A stretch of 64,000 bases of DNA from a virus. A program made the position numbers and the translations under genes. The notes under the pieces were generated by a model, which was not told the DNA's origin, did not search any database, and saw only the letters and a list, made by a program, of their open reading frames with translations. The stretch lies in IMG/VR virus record IMGVR_UViG_3300044957_000346, positions 1 through 64,000 of that record; one strand, written 5' to 3'. Below, piece after piece: positions 28,686 through 37,725 of this stretch (its first letter is position 1; the number at the start of each line of letters is the position of its first letter).

Positions 28686-29623
28686 AAGTTTTTAAAGAAA
28701 TATATCATTTTTCTACGATTATTATCGTTTATACTTTTAAATAAGTTACATCTCTGTTTATTTTTACCAATTAATTTAAAATTTTCTAAAACATCCTTAA
28801 ATTTAGATTTATTTACGAAAAATGATTTTCTAAACGGATATAAATTATTTGTATTGTCTGTACAATATATATAGTTTTGATCGATAAATTCTTCGACTGG
28901 TATAAAATGTACCAAGTCTGGGTCTAGTTGTTCTCTGAATACCGGTATATCACTGCAAATAATTTCAGCTCCTGTAGATAATCCTTCAAACAGATAATGT
29001 CCCCAACTTTCATATAAGCTACAACATATGTGAATATTGTGTGAATTTAATAGATACGATATACTTTCTTCAGATTGATATGTGTTTATATGATTGAAAT
29101 TTGAGGGTGGAATATATCTATTGTATGAATCGACCAAAGTAATCGGAATAGTCTGCGTCAGAATTAATTCTGTATTTTTTTGTATTGATCTGCCTACAAA
29201 ATGTAAAAAAGAACTGGTACGTTCAACATTTATATTATATAAATTTTTTGAAATAAAAGGTAAACAAATTGCATTACAATAATTTTTAATTATATTGTAT
29301 GCATAATTTGATTTGCATATTACATAATCAAATCTTTTAAGATCCTCGATGTTGTAATCAAACCATTCTTCATTTATATAAAAAATATTTATTTTAAAAT
29401 TTTCCAGCAAATGACCATAATAATTTTGTATCCAAATTCCTATATCAGATTTATACTTTTGATCAAATTTATCCAAAAAAATAATATGTGTATCTTGTAA
29501 AGAAATTTCTTCTAAAATATTTTTTAAAATTAGTGCGTCTGTCACTAATCCAACATAATTATTAAAGGTCAATATATTATACCTCATATATGTTAAATAG
29601 TTGTGCATACAAGGTTTATTCAC
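28682..29623 (-). CDS. GT4-like glycosyltransferase
   Basis: GLVTD, HFVGRS.QKNT, ESWGHYLFEG; true start probably 29587. Confidence 0.7.
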   Translation of the reverse strand: MNKPCMHNYLTYMRYNILTFNNYVGLVTDALILKNILEEISLQDTHIIFLDKFDQKYKSDIGIWIQNYYGHLLENFKINIFYINEEWFDYNIEDLKRFDYVICKSNYAYNIIKNYCNAICLPFISKNLYNINVERTSSFLHFVGRSIQKNTELILTQTIPITLVDSYNRYIPPSNFNHINTYQSEESISYLLNSHNIHICCSLYESWGHYLFEGLSTGAEIICSDIPVFREQLDPDLVHFIPVEEFIDQNYIYCTDNTNNLYPFRKSFFVNKSKFKDVLENFKLIGKNKQRCNLFKSINDNNRRKMIYFFKNL

Positions 29624-29739
29624 AAAATGGTGAAGATGGAATAATAGATATATCTCAGTGTTTTACTAATGATAAAGTAAAATTTAAAATGGAGCATAGA
29701 TGGCCAAGAACAAAAAATATGGAATGGATATCGGTATAA
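29590..29739 (+). pseudogene. Internally deleted methyltransferase remnant (49 codons)
   Basis: YSQNGEDGII N-terminal signature fused to a short W..V* end. Confidence 0.55.
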
Positions 29740-29740
29740 T

Positions 29741-30415
29741 ATGATAAATTCAATTGCAGATAAAGTATTTGTTATAACAACAGTTGATTCAAATCGGACA
29801 AATTATATAAAAAATCATTTAAATGAAAATAATATTAAATTTGATTTTTTTGTAGCACCAGAGAAACTAATTGTAACTGACAATATTATTGTAAAAGACG
29901 GTGGGGATGTTAGTAGTAAAAATCACAAAGCGTCTATCAGTTTAACATCTGCTTATACGTCTATAGTAGAAGTATCGAGGATAAACAATTTTACAAACAT
30001 TTGTGTTATAGAGGACGACTGTTTTTTTACTAAAAACTGGATACAAAAAATTGATATATTTTTAAAAAATATACCCAATGATTGGGATGTATTAAATCTT
30101 GGTTATCATCCGTTACATGATACTGACACTATAAAACAAATGTATAATGATTATGTAAATATTCCATTAAATTGGCATCACACGGCACACTGCATGATGT
30201 TAAAAAATACATGTTTTAATGAATTTTTGAATTTAATAAACATTTGGAAATATACAATACCTGTCGATTATATTTTCAATGAAATATATAAAAACAAACG
30301 ATTTAAATGTTTTTTTCCAAGTGGAAAAATTATACACCAATTATCAGTTAGAGATCATAGATATGATATTGAAAATATAAATTTGAGATTTAAAAGTTTT
30401 GTTTATGATACCTAA
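29741..30415 (+). CDS. GT25-like glycosyltransferase
   Basis: VIEDD, PNDWDVLNLG, PVDY. Confidence 0.7.
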   Translation: MINSIADKVFVITTVDSNRTNYIKNHLNENNIKFDFFVAPEKLIVTDNIIVKDGGDVSSKNHKASISLTSAYTSIVEVSRINNFTNICVIEDDCFFTKNWIQKIDIFLKNIPNDWDVLNLGYHPLHDTDTIKQMYNDYVNIPLNWHHTAHCMMLKNTCFNEFLNLINIWKYTIPVDYIFNEIYKNKRFKCFFPSGKIIHQLSVRDHRYDIENINLRFKSFVYDT

Positions 30416-30610
30416 AAAAATACATCATATATGGGTAGGTAATACTTCAATTCCTGATAGGTTTATGTCTTACATAGAAATGTGTTATCAATTATATACG
30501 GATTATCAATTTTTTTATGGGATGATAAATTAGTAGATGATGAAAATATAATACCAAATGATTTAAAGCCATATTATAATAATAAATTATTATAGAATAT
30601 TATTGAATAA
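30405..30610 (+). pseudogene. GT32 (DXD) glycosyltransferase N-terminal remnant
   Basis: MIPKKIHHIWVG..YTDYQFF then frameshift to LWDD; truncated. Confidence 0.65.
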
Positions 30611-30631
30611 TTATATTTATATATTATATAT

Positions 30632-31165
30632 ATGTCTAAATTACAAGAATTGGGTGATACCGGTGATAGAATGATGCAAGGTTTACCTTATGGACAAGGA
30701 GGTGCTGTTACCGGAGCATCTAGTTTTGATACTTTCAGTAGTCCAGATGTATCACAAGATCCTAACAAATTCGGTACACTCACCGATAAAAGTAAGATTA
30801 CAGCTACAGATAAGCAATCTATGCAAAAGATTGCTCCATTTGGACCGTATACAGGCCAAGATCCAAAGTCCTTTGATACCGATGTCGCACAAATCAAATA
30901 CAAAGTAACTCCGGATGAGGTTTTGACTGGTATTGATTACGAAATGAAAAAGATGGTTCTTAAAGATAAACAAGTCGCTAAACAAAATGTAGTATCCAAT
31001 CTCAAGAAAGATCCACAATACTATAGCAAATTAAGAATGTTAGTCATTGAAGACGAAGACGGGGGTAAAAATCAGACTGACTATAGAACTCCACAAGAAA
31101 AAGCTATAGCAGAAGTTATGCAACAGTTACACAAAGATAAGTTAAATCGTCGTAACTGGAGTTAA
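30632..31165 (+). CDS. Conserved phage protein, DUF5661-like motif
   Basis: GIDYEM..AK..V..NLKKDPQYYSKL resembles the motif at the start of 31605..33425. Confidence 0.55.
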   Translation: MSKLQELGDTGDRMMQGLPYGQGGAVTGASSFDTFSSPDVSQDPNKFGTLTDKSKITATDKQSMQKIAPFGPYTGQDPKSFDTDVAQIKYKVTPDEVLTGIDYEMKKMVLKDKQVAKQNVVSNLKKDPQYYSKLRMLVIEDEDGGKNQTDYRTPQEKAIAEVMQQLHKDKLNRRNWS

Positions 31166-31177
31166 TATTTATTATAT

Positions 31178-31378
31178 ATGCGTAATTTTGCTAAAGATGG
31201 TCCTCAATATCGTAAGCCAGATCCGCTTAAAAAGAATTGGCATTATATAGGAGACGGTAAACCTCATGATATTACCAAAGGACATCCTGAAATGCGTGGT
31301 AGAACCTGGATAATTGATCCCAGTTATCATAGTGGTAAAAGTTTTGAAAAATTTCAACAAGGTTTAAAAAATGATTGA
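31178..31378 (+). CDS. Hypothetical protein
   Basis: 66-aa ORF preceded by TATTTAT. Confidence 0.55.
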   Translation: MRNFAKDGPQYRKPDPLKKNWHYIGDGKPHDITKGHPEMRGRTWIIDPSYHSGKSFEKFQQGLKND

Positions 31379-31590
31379 TAATTTAATTAATAAAAGAATT
31401 GGGATATTTTGTTGATGGTAATGATAAAGAAAAAAATGTAGTATTTGAATTTGACGAAAAATGTCATTATGATATTAATAATAACTTAAAAGAAAAAGGC
31501 ATCCTTAGATGCATTCTATCAAACAGCATTTAAATAATTGTAAATTCATACGATATAATGAGAGATTAAATGAAATAAAAGAATATTAAG
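31371..31590 (+). pseudogene. Homing endonuclease C-terminal remnant (Vsr/PD-(D/E)XK type)
   Basis: ELGYFVDGNDKEKNVVFEFDEKCH..LKEK..CKFIR in broken frames. Confidence 0.6.
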
Positions 31591-31604
31591 TAATATTTAT
31601 ATTT

Positions 31605-33425
31605 ATGTCGGATTTAAAAAATTTAGATAAATTACCGGGTGGTGTAGGCGATGGTGTAGATGCCTCAAAATTCAATCCTATACAACTTTCTTTAGGAATA
31701 CAAATTGAAATGGAGCATACAAATGATCCTGAAATAGCACAAGAAATCGCGTGCGATCATTTATATGAAGATCCCGCTTATTATACAAAATTGGTAAAAG
31801 CTGGTTTAGCCAAAGAATTTCAACCGTCACACAACAGCGGTCTCGGTGATCCTGATTATTCAGCTAACGATGCTTCTAGAGTAGGCATCGACGGTTTAAA
31901 GAAAGGAAATATGGGTGGTAAAATTGGTAATACATCTAATGGTCAAGTTGACGGAAGAAATAGTGAACCTATTGTAAATAAAACCGTTGATATTGAATTA
32001 GACGAAAAGAAAGGTAAAAAGAAACCAAAACCAACCAATCCAACTTTATGGGCAAGAGCTAAAGCTGCTGCAAGAGCCAAATTTGATGTATATCCGTGCG
32101 TACCACTTGATAGTAAAGCTCTTACAAAAAATGGATGGAAAACATATGAAGAATTAACTATAGGCGAATTGATATTGACTTATAATATTAATAAAGATGA
32201 ATTGGAATGGAAACCAATATTAAATCTTAATTTTTTTGAAAATGCAGAGTTAGTAAGAATGTATAAACCTACAGGTTTTTCAATAAAGTGTACACCTAAT
32301 CATAAGTGGGTTGTACAAAGAGGAAATGATTATTCTATTGTAGAATTGATAGAAACAAAAGATTTACCTAAAAGAGCTAGAATAATAGTATGTGCAGAGT
32401 TAAAAAATAATGACAAAATATTATTAGAAAATTTTTCTAAAACCGATAATTGGACTGAAAATATCATTAATATGAGTTCTGAACAAAGAAAGTCGTTTTT
32501 AGCAGCATCTATAATATATGATGGGTGGGATAAGGGATCTTCTTCAAAAATAGAAGGTCGTCATACTTTTGGATTTGTACAAAAAAATTCAGATCATTTG
32601 GATGCTGGTTTATTGGCAGCGTATTTAAGTGGATATTATGTATCTGTATGTGATAGAGAATCTATAACGTCTGCAAATTTTATAAGAAACAAAAAATTTC
32701 ATTGTGTTCAAAATATAAAGTTTGAGAAAACAGAAAATGAGGATGTTTGGTGTCCGACTACCGAAAATAATACCTGGATAATGTACCAAAACGGATTAAT
32801 TACAATTACAGGCAATTCGGCTTATGCTAATGGATGGGCCGCTAAGTGGTATAAAAAACACGGTGGTGGCTGGAGAATGAGTGAAGATGCCGAATCTAGT
32901 CCAGCCGCAGCTTATGATGGACCATTTCCATCACAAGTATCTCCAGATGGACAAGGCACTTATGGAAGTGGATATGATTTTGTAGGTTTTGCGGAAAATA
33001 AAGGTACAATTATGAAAAAAGAACAACTTAAAGAAGCTATCAAAAAATTAGTAAAACAAACATTGATTGAACAAGAACAAGACGATGTTGATGTAGCAGC
33101 CGAAGATGAAACTGTTACTATTACATTGGACAAACAACTTGCACAAAAATTGCATGATTTATTAATGACTCAACTTCAACCAGAAACTCCAGCAGGTCCA
33201 GAAGATGCAAACGATGTTGTGACTGCAGAAGATGACAAAGAAACAGTTGCTGCAAATATGAGTAGCGACCGACTACCACCAGGAGCTCTTCATAAACAAC
33301 TTGGAGTTCCATCTGGAGAAAAAATACCAGCTGGTAAATTAGCAGATGCTGCTAATAAAGGCGGTAAACTTGGTAAGAGAGACAGATTAGCTCAAACATT
33401 GAGTAAGATTGCCAAGAAAAAGTAA
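31605..33425 (+). CDS. Multi-module probable head/virion protein containing an intein
   Basis: GIQIEMEHT..IACDHLYEDPAYYTKL; KFDVYP|intein|SAYANGWAAKWYK..GGGW; KKEQLKEAIKKLV; PGALHKQLGVP.GEKIP. Confidence 0.75.
   Translation: MSDLKNLDKLPGGVGDGVDASKFNPIQLSLGIQIEMEHTNDPEIAQEIACDHLYEDPAYYTKLVKAGLAKEFQPSHNSGLGDPDYSANDASRVGIDGLKKGNMGGKIGNTSNGQVDGRNSEPIVNKTVDIELDEKKGKKKPKPTNPTLWARAKAAARAKFDVYPCVPLDSKALTKNGWKTYEELTIGELILTYNINKDELEWKPILNLNFFENAELVRMYKPTGFSIKCTPNHKWVVQRGNDYSIVELIETKDLPKRARIIVCAELKNNDKILLENFSKTDNWTENIINMSSEQRKSFLAASIIYDGWDKGSSSKIEGRHTFGFVQKNSDHLDAGLLAAYLSGYYVSVCDRESITSANFIRNKKFHCVQNIKFEKTENEDVWCPTTENNTWIMYQNGLITITGNSAYANGWAAKWYKKHGGGWRMSEDAESSPAAAYDGPFPSQVSPDGQGTYGSGYDFVGFAENKGTIMKKEQLKEAIKKLVKQTLIEQEQDDVDVAAEDETVTITLDKQLAQKLHDLLMTQLQPETPAGPEDANDVVTAEDDKETVAANMSSDRLPPGALHKQLGVPSGEKIPAGKLADAANKGGKLGKRDRLAQTLSKIAKKK
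32097..32816 (+). mobile_element. Intein (240 aa) with degenerate LAGLIDADG region
   Basis: CVPLDSKALTKNGWK, block B CTPNHKW, FLAASIIYDG, VWCPTT.NNTW..ITGN|S. Confidence 0.9.
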
Positions 33426-33446
33426 ATAATAAATTAAAGGATATAT

Positions 33447-35306
33447 ATGTCTTTATTTAAAATTAAAAAAACTGGGGAAATAGGATTCTTTTCAGATAAG
33501 TTACGACCATCGTATGACATCTATCATAGTAAAGTTTATTATTTTTTAGACATTGTTGATCCTACAACTGATTGGGAAGCAGCTACGGAACCTGGATACT
33601 ATAAGTTCACAGGAGACCACAAAAGAGTGTCGTCTGTTGAATTGGTACCATTATCTAAGAAAGATTTAAAAAAAGCTCAAAAAAATAATACAATGGATGT
33701 TTTATTAAAACCGGAATTATTGGAAGAAAATGCGGAAATGTCGCAAAGCGATGTAAATAAGATAATCAAATACAGTGAAGAATTGCAGAACATGTTCTCT
33801 ATAAATGATAATCTTGAGGATTGGGTTAAGGCTAAATTGAATCATGCTTGTGATTACGTAGCTACTGTAAGAGATTATTTAAAGTTTTATAGAGATGAAA
33901 AAGAATCTTTACAAAAACTTTTTAAAGAAGCGAGAGAATTAGAGTCTAAATATAAAAATTTTAATGATGTAATTGATGGTATTCAATACGCATTGGATAT
34001 TGCTGGTTTAGAACCTACTTTCGGTACAGCAGCTGATGCAACGAATGTTGTAATTAGTCTTTTAAGAGCAGCTTTAGCTAAAGAAAAAAATGAATCCAAA
34101 AAACATTTATTAAATTCCGCTATAAGTGCTGTTTCTATAATACCATTTGGGGATTTAGCAAAATTAATAAAAATAAGACTAATTAGAAAACCCGCAGTAA
34201 AACTTTTAAAATTTGCTAAAAAATATTTAAACTCCAAAACCCCATCATATTCCGAAAAATTATTTGAAAAGTGGACCAAAAAATATAAGAAAAGTATAAA
34301 TTGTGACGCTCCAAAAGGTTTCAGTCAGAAAGCACATTGTAGAGCCAGAAAGTTGAGACAATCTGGTCAGCCTACAAGTAGTAAACCTGTGAGAGAAGTT
34401 TATAAAGAGGTTACGAATCAACTCCTTAAAGAGTTTAATAGTAGTATGGCTATGGGCGCATTGAAACAAATACACAATGACGCAAAAGAATTAGAAAGTA
34501 TGCTACAGCCTAATACACAATTGGAAGATTGGGTAAAAGCTAAGTTAAACTTGGCCGGTGAATACTTGGACGATGTGTATCATCACCTAGATCACTTCGG
34601 TCCAGAGGGTAGAACCCTTGATGAAGTACGTGTGTCAAGAGAACTTGAAGAAGGTTGGAAAGATTGGGTCGTCGCCGGAGCTTTGGGTTTGGGGACATTA
34701 ACTGGAAAAGTTGATGCTGCAAATGTAAAACAACCATCACGTTCGGTTGTACAAACAGCTACAAAGAATAGTGAATCGTCGTTATTAGATAAAAAGACTA
34801 GTGATTATATTGGACAGTGGGAAGGAAAACGAAATGGTGTATATTTGGATACCGAAAAGAACCCTACAATTGGCATTGGTCATTATCTAAACAATACTAA
34901 ACAAGATCGTGATTTGTTCAACGCTCTATTTGGTAATTCTGTAAATTATGATGCGATTTTAAACGGTAAACAAAAATTGACAGACGATCAAATTGAGAAG
35001 TTGTTCAATGTAGATGTAAAAGTAAAGGAAAGACTGGCAAGTAACAAGATTAGCGATTTTGAATCACTTCCGCAATATGTAAAGAACGGAGTCGTTAATG
35101 GTTTTTATCGTGGTGATATTGGACCAAAAACTATTAAGTTGATGAATAGTGGTAACTGGGGAGCTGTTGCTAAAGAATATTTGAATCATCAAAATGCTCG
35201 TAGTGGTCCGGAGCAAATTCAAAGAAGAATGAAAACAAATGCTTTAGCTTTTGCTAAATATGCCAAGGCTAAGAACGAATATTTTGGTTTTAATTATTAT
35301 TTTTAA
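33447..35306 (+). CDS. Multi-module probable virion protein with C-terminal GH24-like lysozyme
   Basis: Two LEDWVKAKL repeats; ALDIAG..GTAAD..IIPFGD segment; KKSINC..PKGFSQKAHC; WEG.R..VYLDT...PTIGIGH (E-x8-D-x5-T). Confidence 0.75.
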   Translation: MSLFKIKKTGEIGFFSDKLRPSYDIYHSKVYYFLDIVDPTTDWEAATEPGYYKFTGDHKRVSSVELVPLSKKDLKKAQKNNTMDVLLKPELLEENAEMSQSDVNKIIKYSEELQNMFSINDNLEDWVKAKLNHACDYVATVRDYLKFYRDEKESLQKLFKEARELESKYKNFNDVIDGIQYALDIAGLEPTFGTAADATNVVISLLRAALAKEKNESKKHLLNSAISAVSIIPFGDLAKLIKIRLIRKPAVKLLKFAKKYLNSKTPSYSEKLFEKWTKKYKKSINCDAPKGFSQKAHCRARKLRQSGQPTSSKPVREVYKEVTNQLLKEFNSSMAMGALKQIHNDAKELESMLQPNTQLEDWVKAKLNLAGEYLDDVYHHLDHFGPEGRTLDEVRVSRELEEGWKDWVVAGALGLGTLTGKVDAANVKQPSRSVVQTATKNSESSLLDKKTSDYIGQWEGKRNGVYLDTEKNPTIGIGHYLNNTKQDRDLFNALFGNSVNYDAILNGKQKLTDDQIEKLFNVDVKVKERLASNKISDFESLPQYVKNGVVNGFYRGDIGPKTIKLMNSGNWGAVAKEYLNHQNARSGPEQIQRRMKTNALAFAKYAKAKNEYFGFNYYF

Positions 35307-35309
35307 ATT

Positions 35310-35645
35310 ATGGACGATTGGCCTACAATGGGCATGGATCATCTTTCCTCTAGAATGATTCAGTCTAAATTGACGCAAACCAACTCTGTAAATGGTTTCG
35401 ATCCATATCAAGTAATGTTGAAACGAAATCGTTCTACTGTTGAAAATGATTGTGGGTATATTAATACACCAGTACAACAATATGATCCCAAAGATATACA
35501 AGAGTTGGAAGAGTTTTGTCAACAGTATGGTATAGTAGGATTTAACTTTGGCAAAATGCATCCTAAGTCGGCGTTGCAAATGCTCAGGAACAAAATGGGG
35601 ATTGTTAAAGAAAATACCATCAATAAAAAAATGTTGTGTGGGTAA
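35310..35645 (+). CDS. Hypothetical protein
   Basis: 111-aa ORF, operon position. Confidence 0.55.
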   Translation: MDDWPTMGMDHLSSRMIQSKLTQTNSVNGFDPYQVMLKRNRSTVENDCGYINTPVQQYDPKDIQELEEFCQQYGIVGFNFGKMHPKSALQMLRNKMGIVKENTINKKMLCG

Positions 35646-35675
35646 AATTTGTTATTTATAACAAATAACATTGTT

Positions 35676-37055
35676 ATGATAAAATTTGTAGAAAAAAATG
35701 ACGACCCACTTTTAGTACGATTTGAAGTTAACTATAATTGCGTCAATGAAAAGGTTCTTATATTATGGGAGGACGAAAAAACTTTAATTCCACAATATTC
35801 TGACTTTTTATCCATATCACAGAATGGTATATACTATTGTACATTAAATAAGTCTCTCAATTTTTTTAAGAATGATTTAAATTTTAAAATAATAAGCTTA
35901 AAAACATATGAAGTTTTATTTTGTTATAAATTTATAAATCTGTCATTCTTAAGAGAAAAAAATATATTATACATTTCTCAAAATAACCATACTGGATATA
36001 GTTACGCTGCCAAAAATTATATATATCAATTATTACAACAGGGGTATAATATAACGTGGGATGTTTCAAAATTTGGAAATTCTTCATATAAGGCTTGTAA
36101 TGATTATGAAAAACTAGTTGCCGATTGTATAAATAAAAATATTAATTATGATGCGGTTATAATACATCATGTACCAGACATATGGGCAGATATTGCAAAA
36201 ACTATACCCAGAGGTAAAAAAATATATGGATTAACCGTTTGGGAAACTAATAAATTACATGAAGATTGGGTTAATTTTATAAATAATAGCGGAGTAGATG
36301 AGTTGATCGTTCCTTCATTTTTCAATCAAAAAATTTTTAAAAACAGCAAGGTAAACAAAAAAATAAATGTTTGGCGTCACGATATATTTCCGTTCACAAC
36401 AAATAACAATTTAGATTCGGAAAAAATATTTTCTAGATTTTATTATTATGATAATAACAAGTTTACAAACAAAGATGTGGATGTTAAATCTATTATAAAA
36501 AATAGAACGGTGTACTATAATATAAGTCAGTATAATGAACGAAAAAATATAGATCAAGTATTAAAAACTTTTTGCAAAAAATTTAAAAAATCTGATAATG
36601 TTTGTTTGTTTATTAAAACATTTTTCAAAGAATTTTCAGAATGTCAAACAGAAATGTTAAAATATAAATTTATGAACATACTTCGTGAATATAAAGATAT
36701 TCCTCCCATAATTTTTTGTTTTGACAATTTAAACAACGATGAGATTAATTTCATACATGAATTTGGAGATGTATATTTTACATTAAATCGTGGAGAAGGA
36801 TTTGGTCTTTGTACATATACCGCAAAAAAAATTGGAAATAAGGTTATATGTGGTAAATTCGGTGCGGAAAAAGAATTTTTAGGAGAGAATGATATAGTGT
36901 TGGACTATACATTAGTAGACACATTTAATATGGAGGTATACCACAATTGGTACGAAAACCAACAGTGGGCATCATATGATTTTGATTTGGTATTGTCTAA
37001 GTTGAGATATTTTCCAAAAACAAATAAAAAATTATATAATTATACACATGATTAA
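35676..37055 (+). CDS. Glycosyltransferase (GT4-like), paralog of 17640..18740
   Basis: TGYS, VWET, VPS, ERKN, RGEGFGL; likely start ATG 35676. Confidence 0.85.
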   Translation: MIKFVEKNDDPLLVRFEVNYNCVNEKVLILWEDEKTLIPQYSDFLSISQNGIYYCTLNKSLNFFKNDLNFKIISLKTYEVLFCYKFINLSFLREKNILYISQNNHTGYSYAAKNYIYQLLQQGYNITWDVSKFGNSSYKACNDYEKLVADCINKNINYDAVIIHHVPDIWADIAKTIPRGKKIYGLTVWETNKLHEDWVNFINNSGVDELIVPSFFNQKIFKNSKVNKKINVWRHDIFPFTTNNNLDSEKIFSRFYYYDNNKFTNKDVDVKSIIKNRTVYYNISQYNERKNIDQVLKTFCKKFKKSDNVCLFIKTFFKEFSECQTEMLKYKFMNILREYKDIPPIIFCFDNLNNDEINFIHEFGDVYFTLNRGEGFGLCTYTAKKIGNKVICGKFGAEKEFLGENDIVLDYTLVDTFNMEVYHNWYENQQWASYDFDLVLSKLRYFPKTNKKLYNYTHD

Positions 37056-37454
37056 AAAATAAGCACAGCCGATATTATTGTGTGTAGAATTATAGATGGA
37101 AATACAGAAATACTATTAACATTGATATCTCCACATAGTTTTTGTGGTAACAAATGGTGTATTCCTGGTGGGCATTTAAATGAAAATGAAAATCCGATTG
37201 ATGGAGGTATTAGAGAGTTATGTGAAGAAACTGGTATAGATTTACGAAGTATTAGAAATAAAGTAAAAAAATTATTTGTACACAAATTAAACGAACACAG
37301 AGCTAAATTTGGAGCGACTTATGTGTGCATACTGCCTAAGAATTTCAAATATACTGTGAGTGTTCAACCATCGGAAGTTTCGGAGGCTCGCTGGTTTGAT
37401 ATACAAAAATTCCCCATGATAATATTGCATTTGATTATGGGGATATTCTATTAA
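37048..37454 (+). pseudogene. NUDIX hydrolase, frameshifted near both ends
   Basis: WCIPGG..E....GGIRELCEETG Nudix box; MIKK/ISTAD and IP..IAFDY segments are out of frame at A-runs. Confidence 0.7.
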
Positions 37455-37470
37455 AATTTAAGAAAAAAAA

Positions 37471-37722
37471 TTACAAAGTAAATTTTGGCTTCTTCAGATC
37501 TTCTGGTAATAAATCTTGTAGAGGTGCTTGACATTTTGTGCAAACTGGTACTGCAATAGGTACTAATGCATCTTTAGTTGTGCCTGTTAGTAGTCTACTG
37601 ACTTTACGAAACATATTACCTTGTACAAATACTTCATTTCCACACTCACACGCAACTGGTGTAGTATCTTTAATACCAAAAGGAAGTGTTTGTGGAGGTT
37701 CTGGTTGTTCAAATCTATTCAT
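37471..37722 (-). CDS. Small zinc-ribbon protein
   Basis: CECG...CTKC. Confidence 0.6.
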   Translation of the reverse strand: MNRFEQPEPPQTLPFGIKDTTPVACECGNEVFVQGNMFRKVSRLLTGTTKDALVPIAVPVCTKCQAPLQDLLPEDLKKPKFTL

Positions 37723-37725
37723 ATT

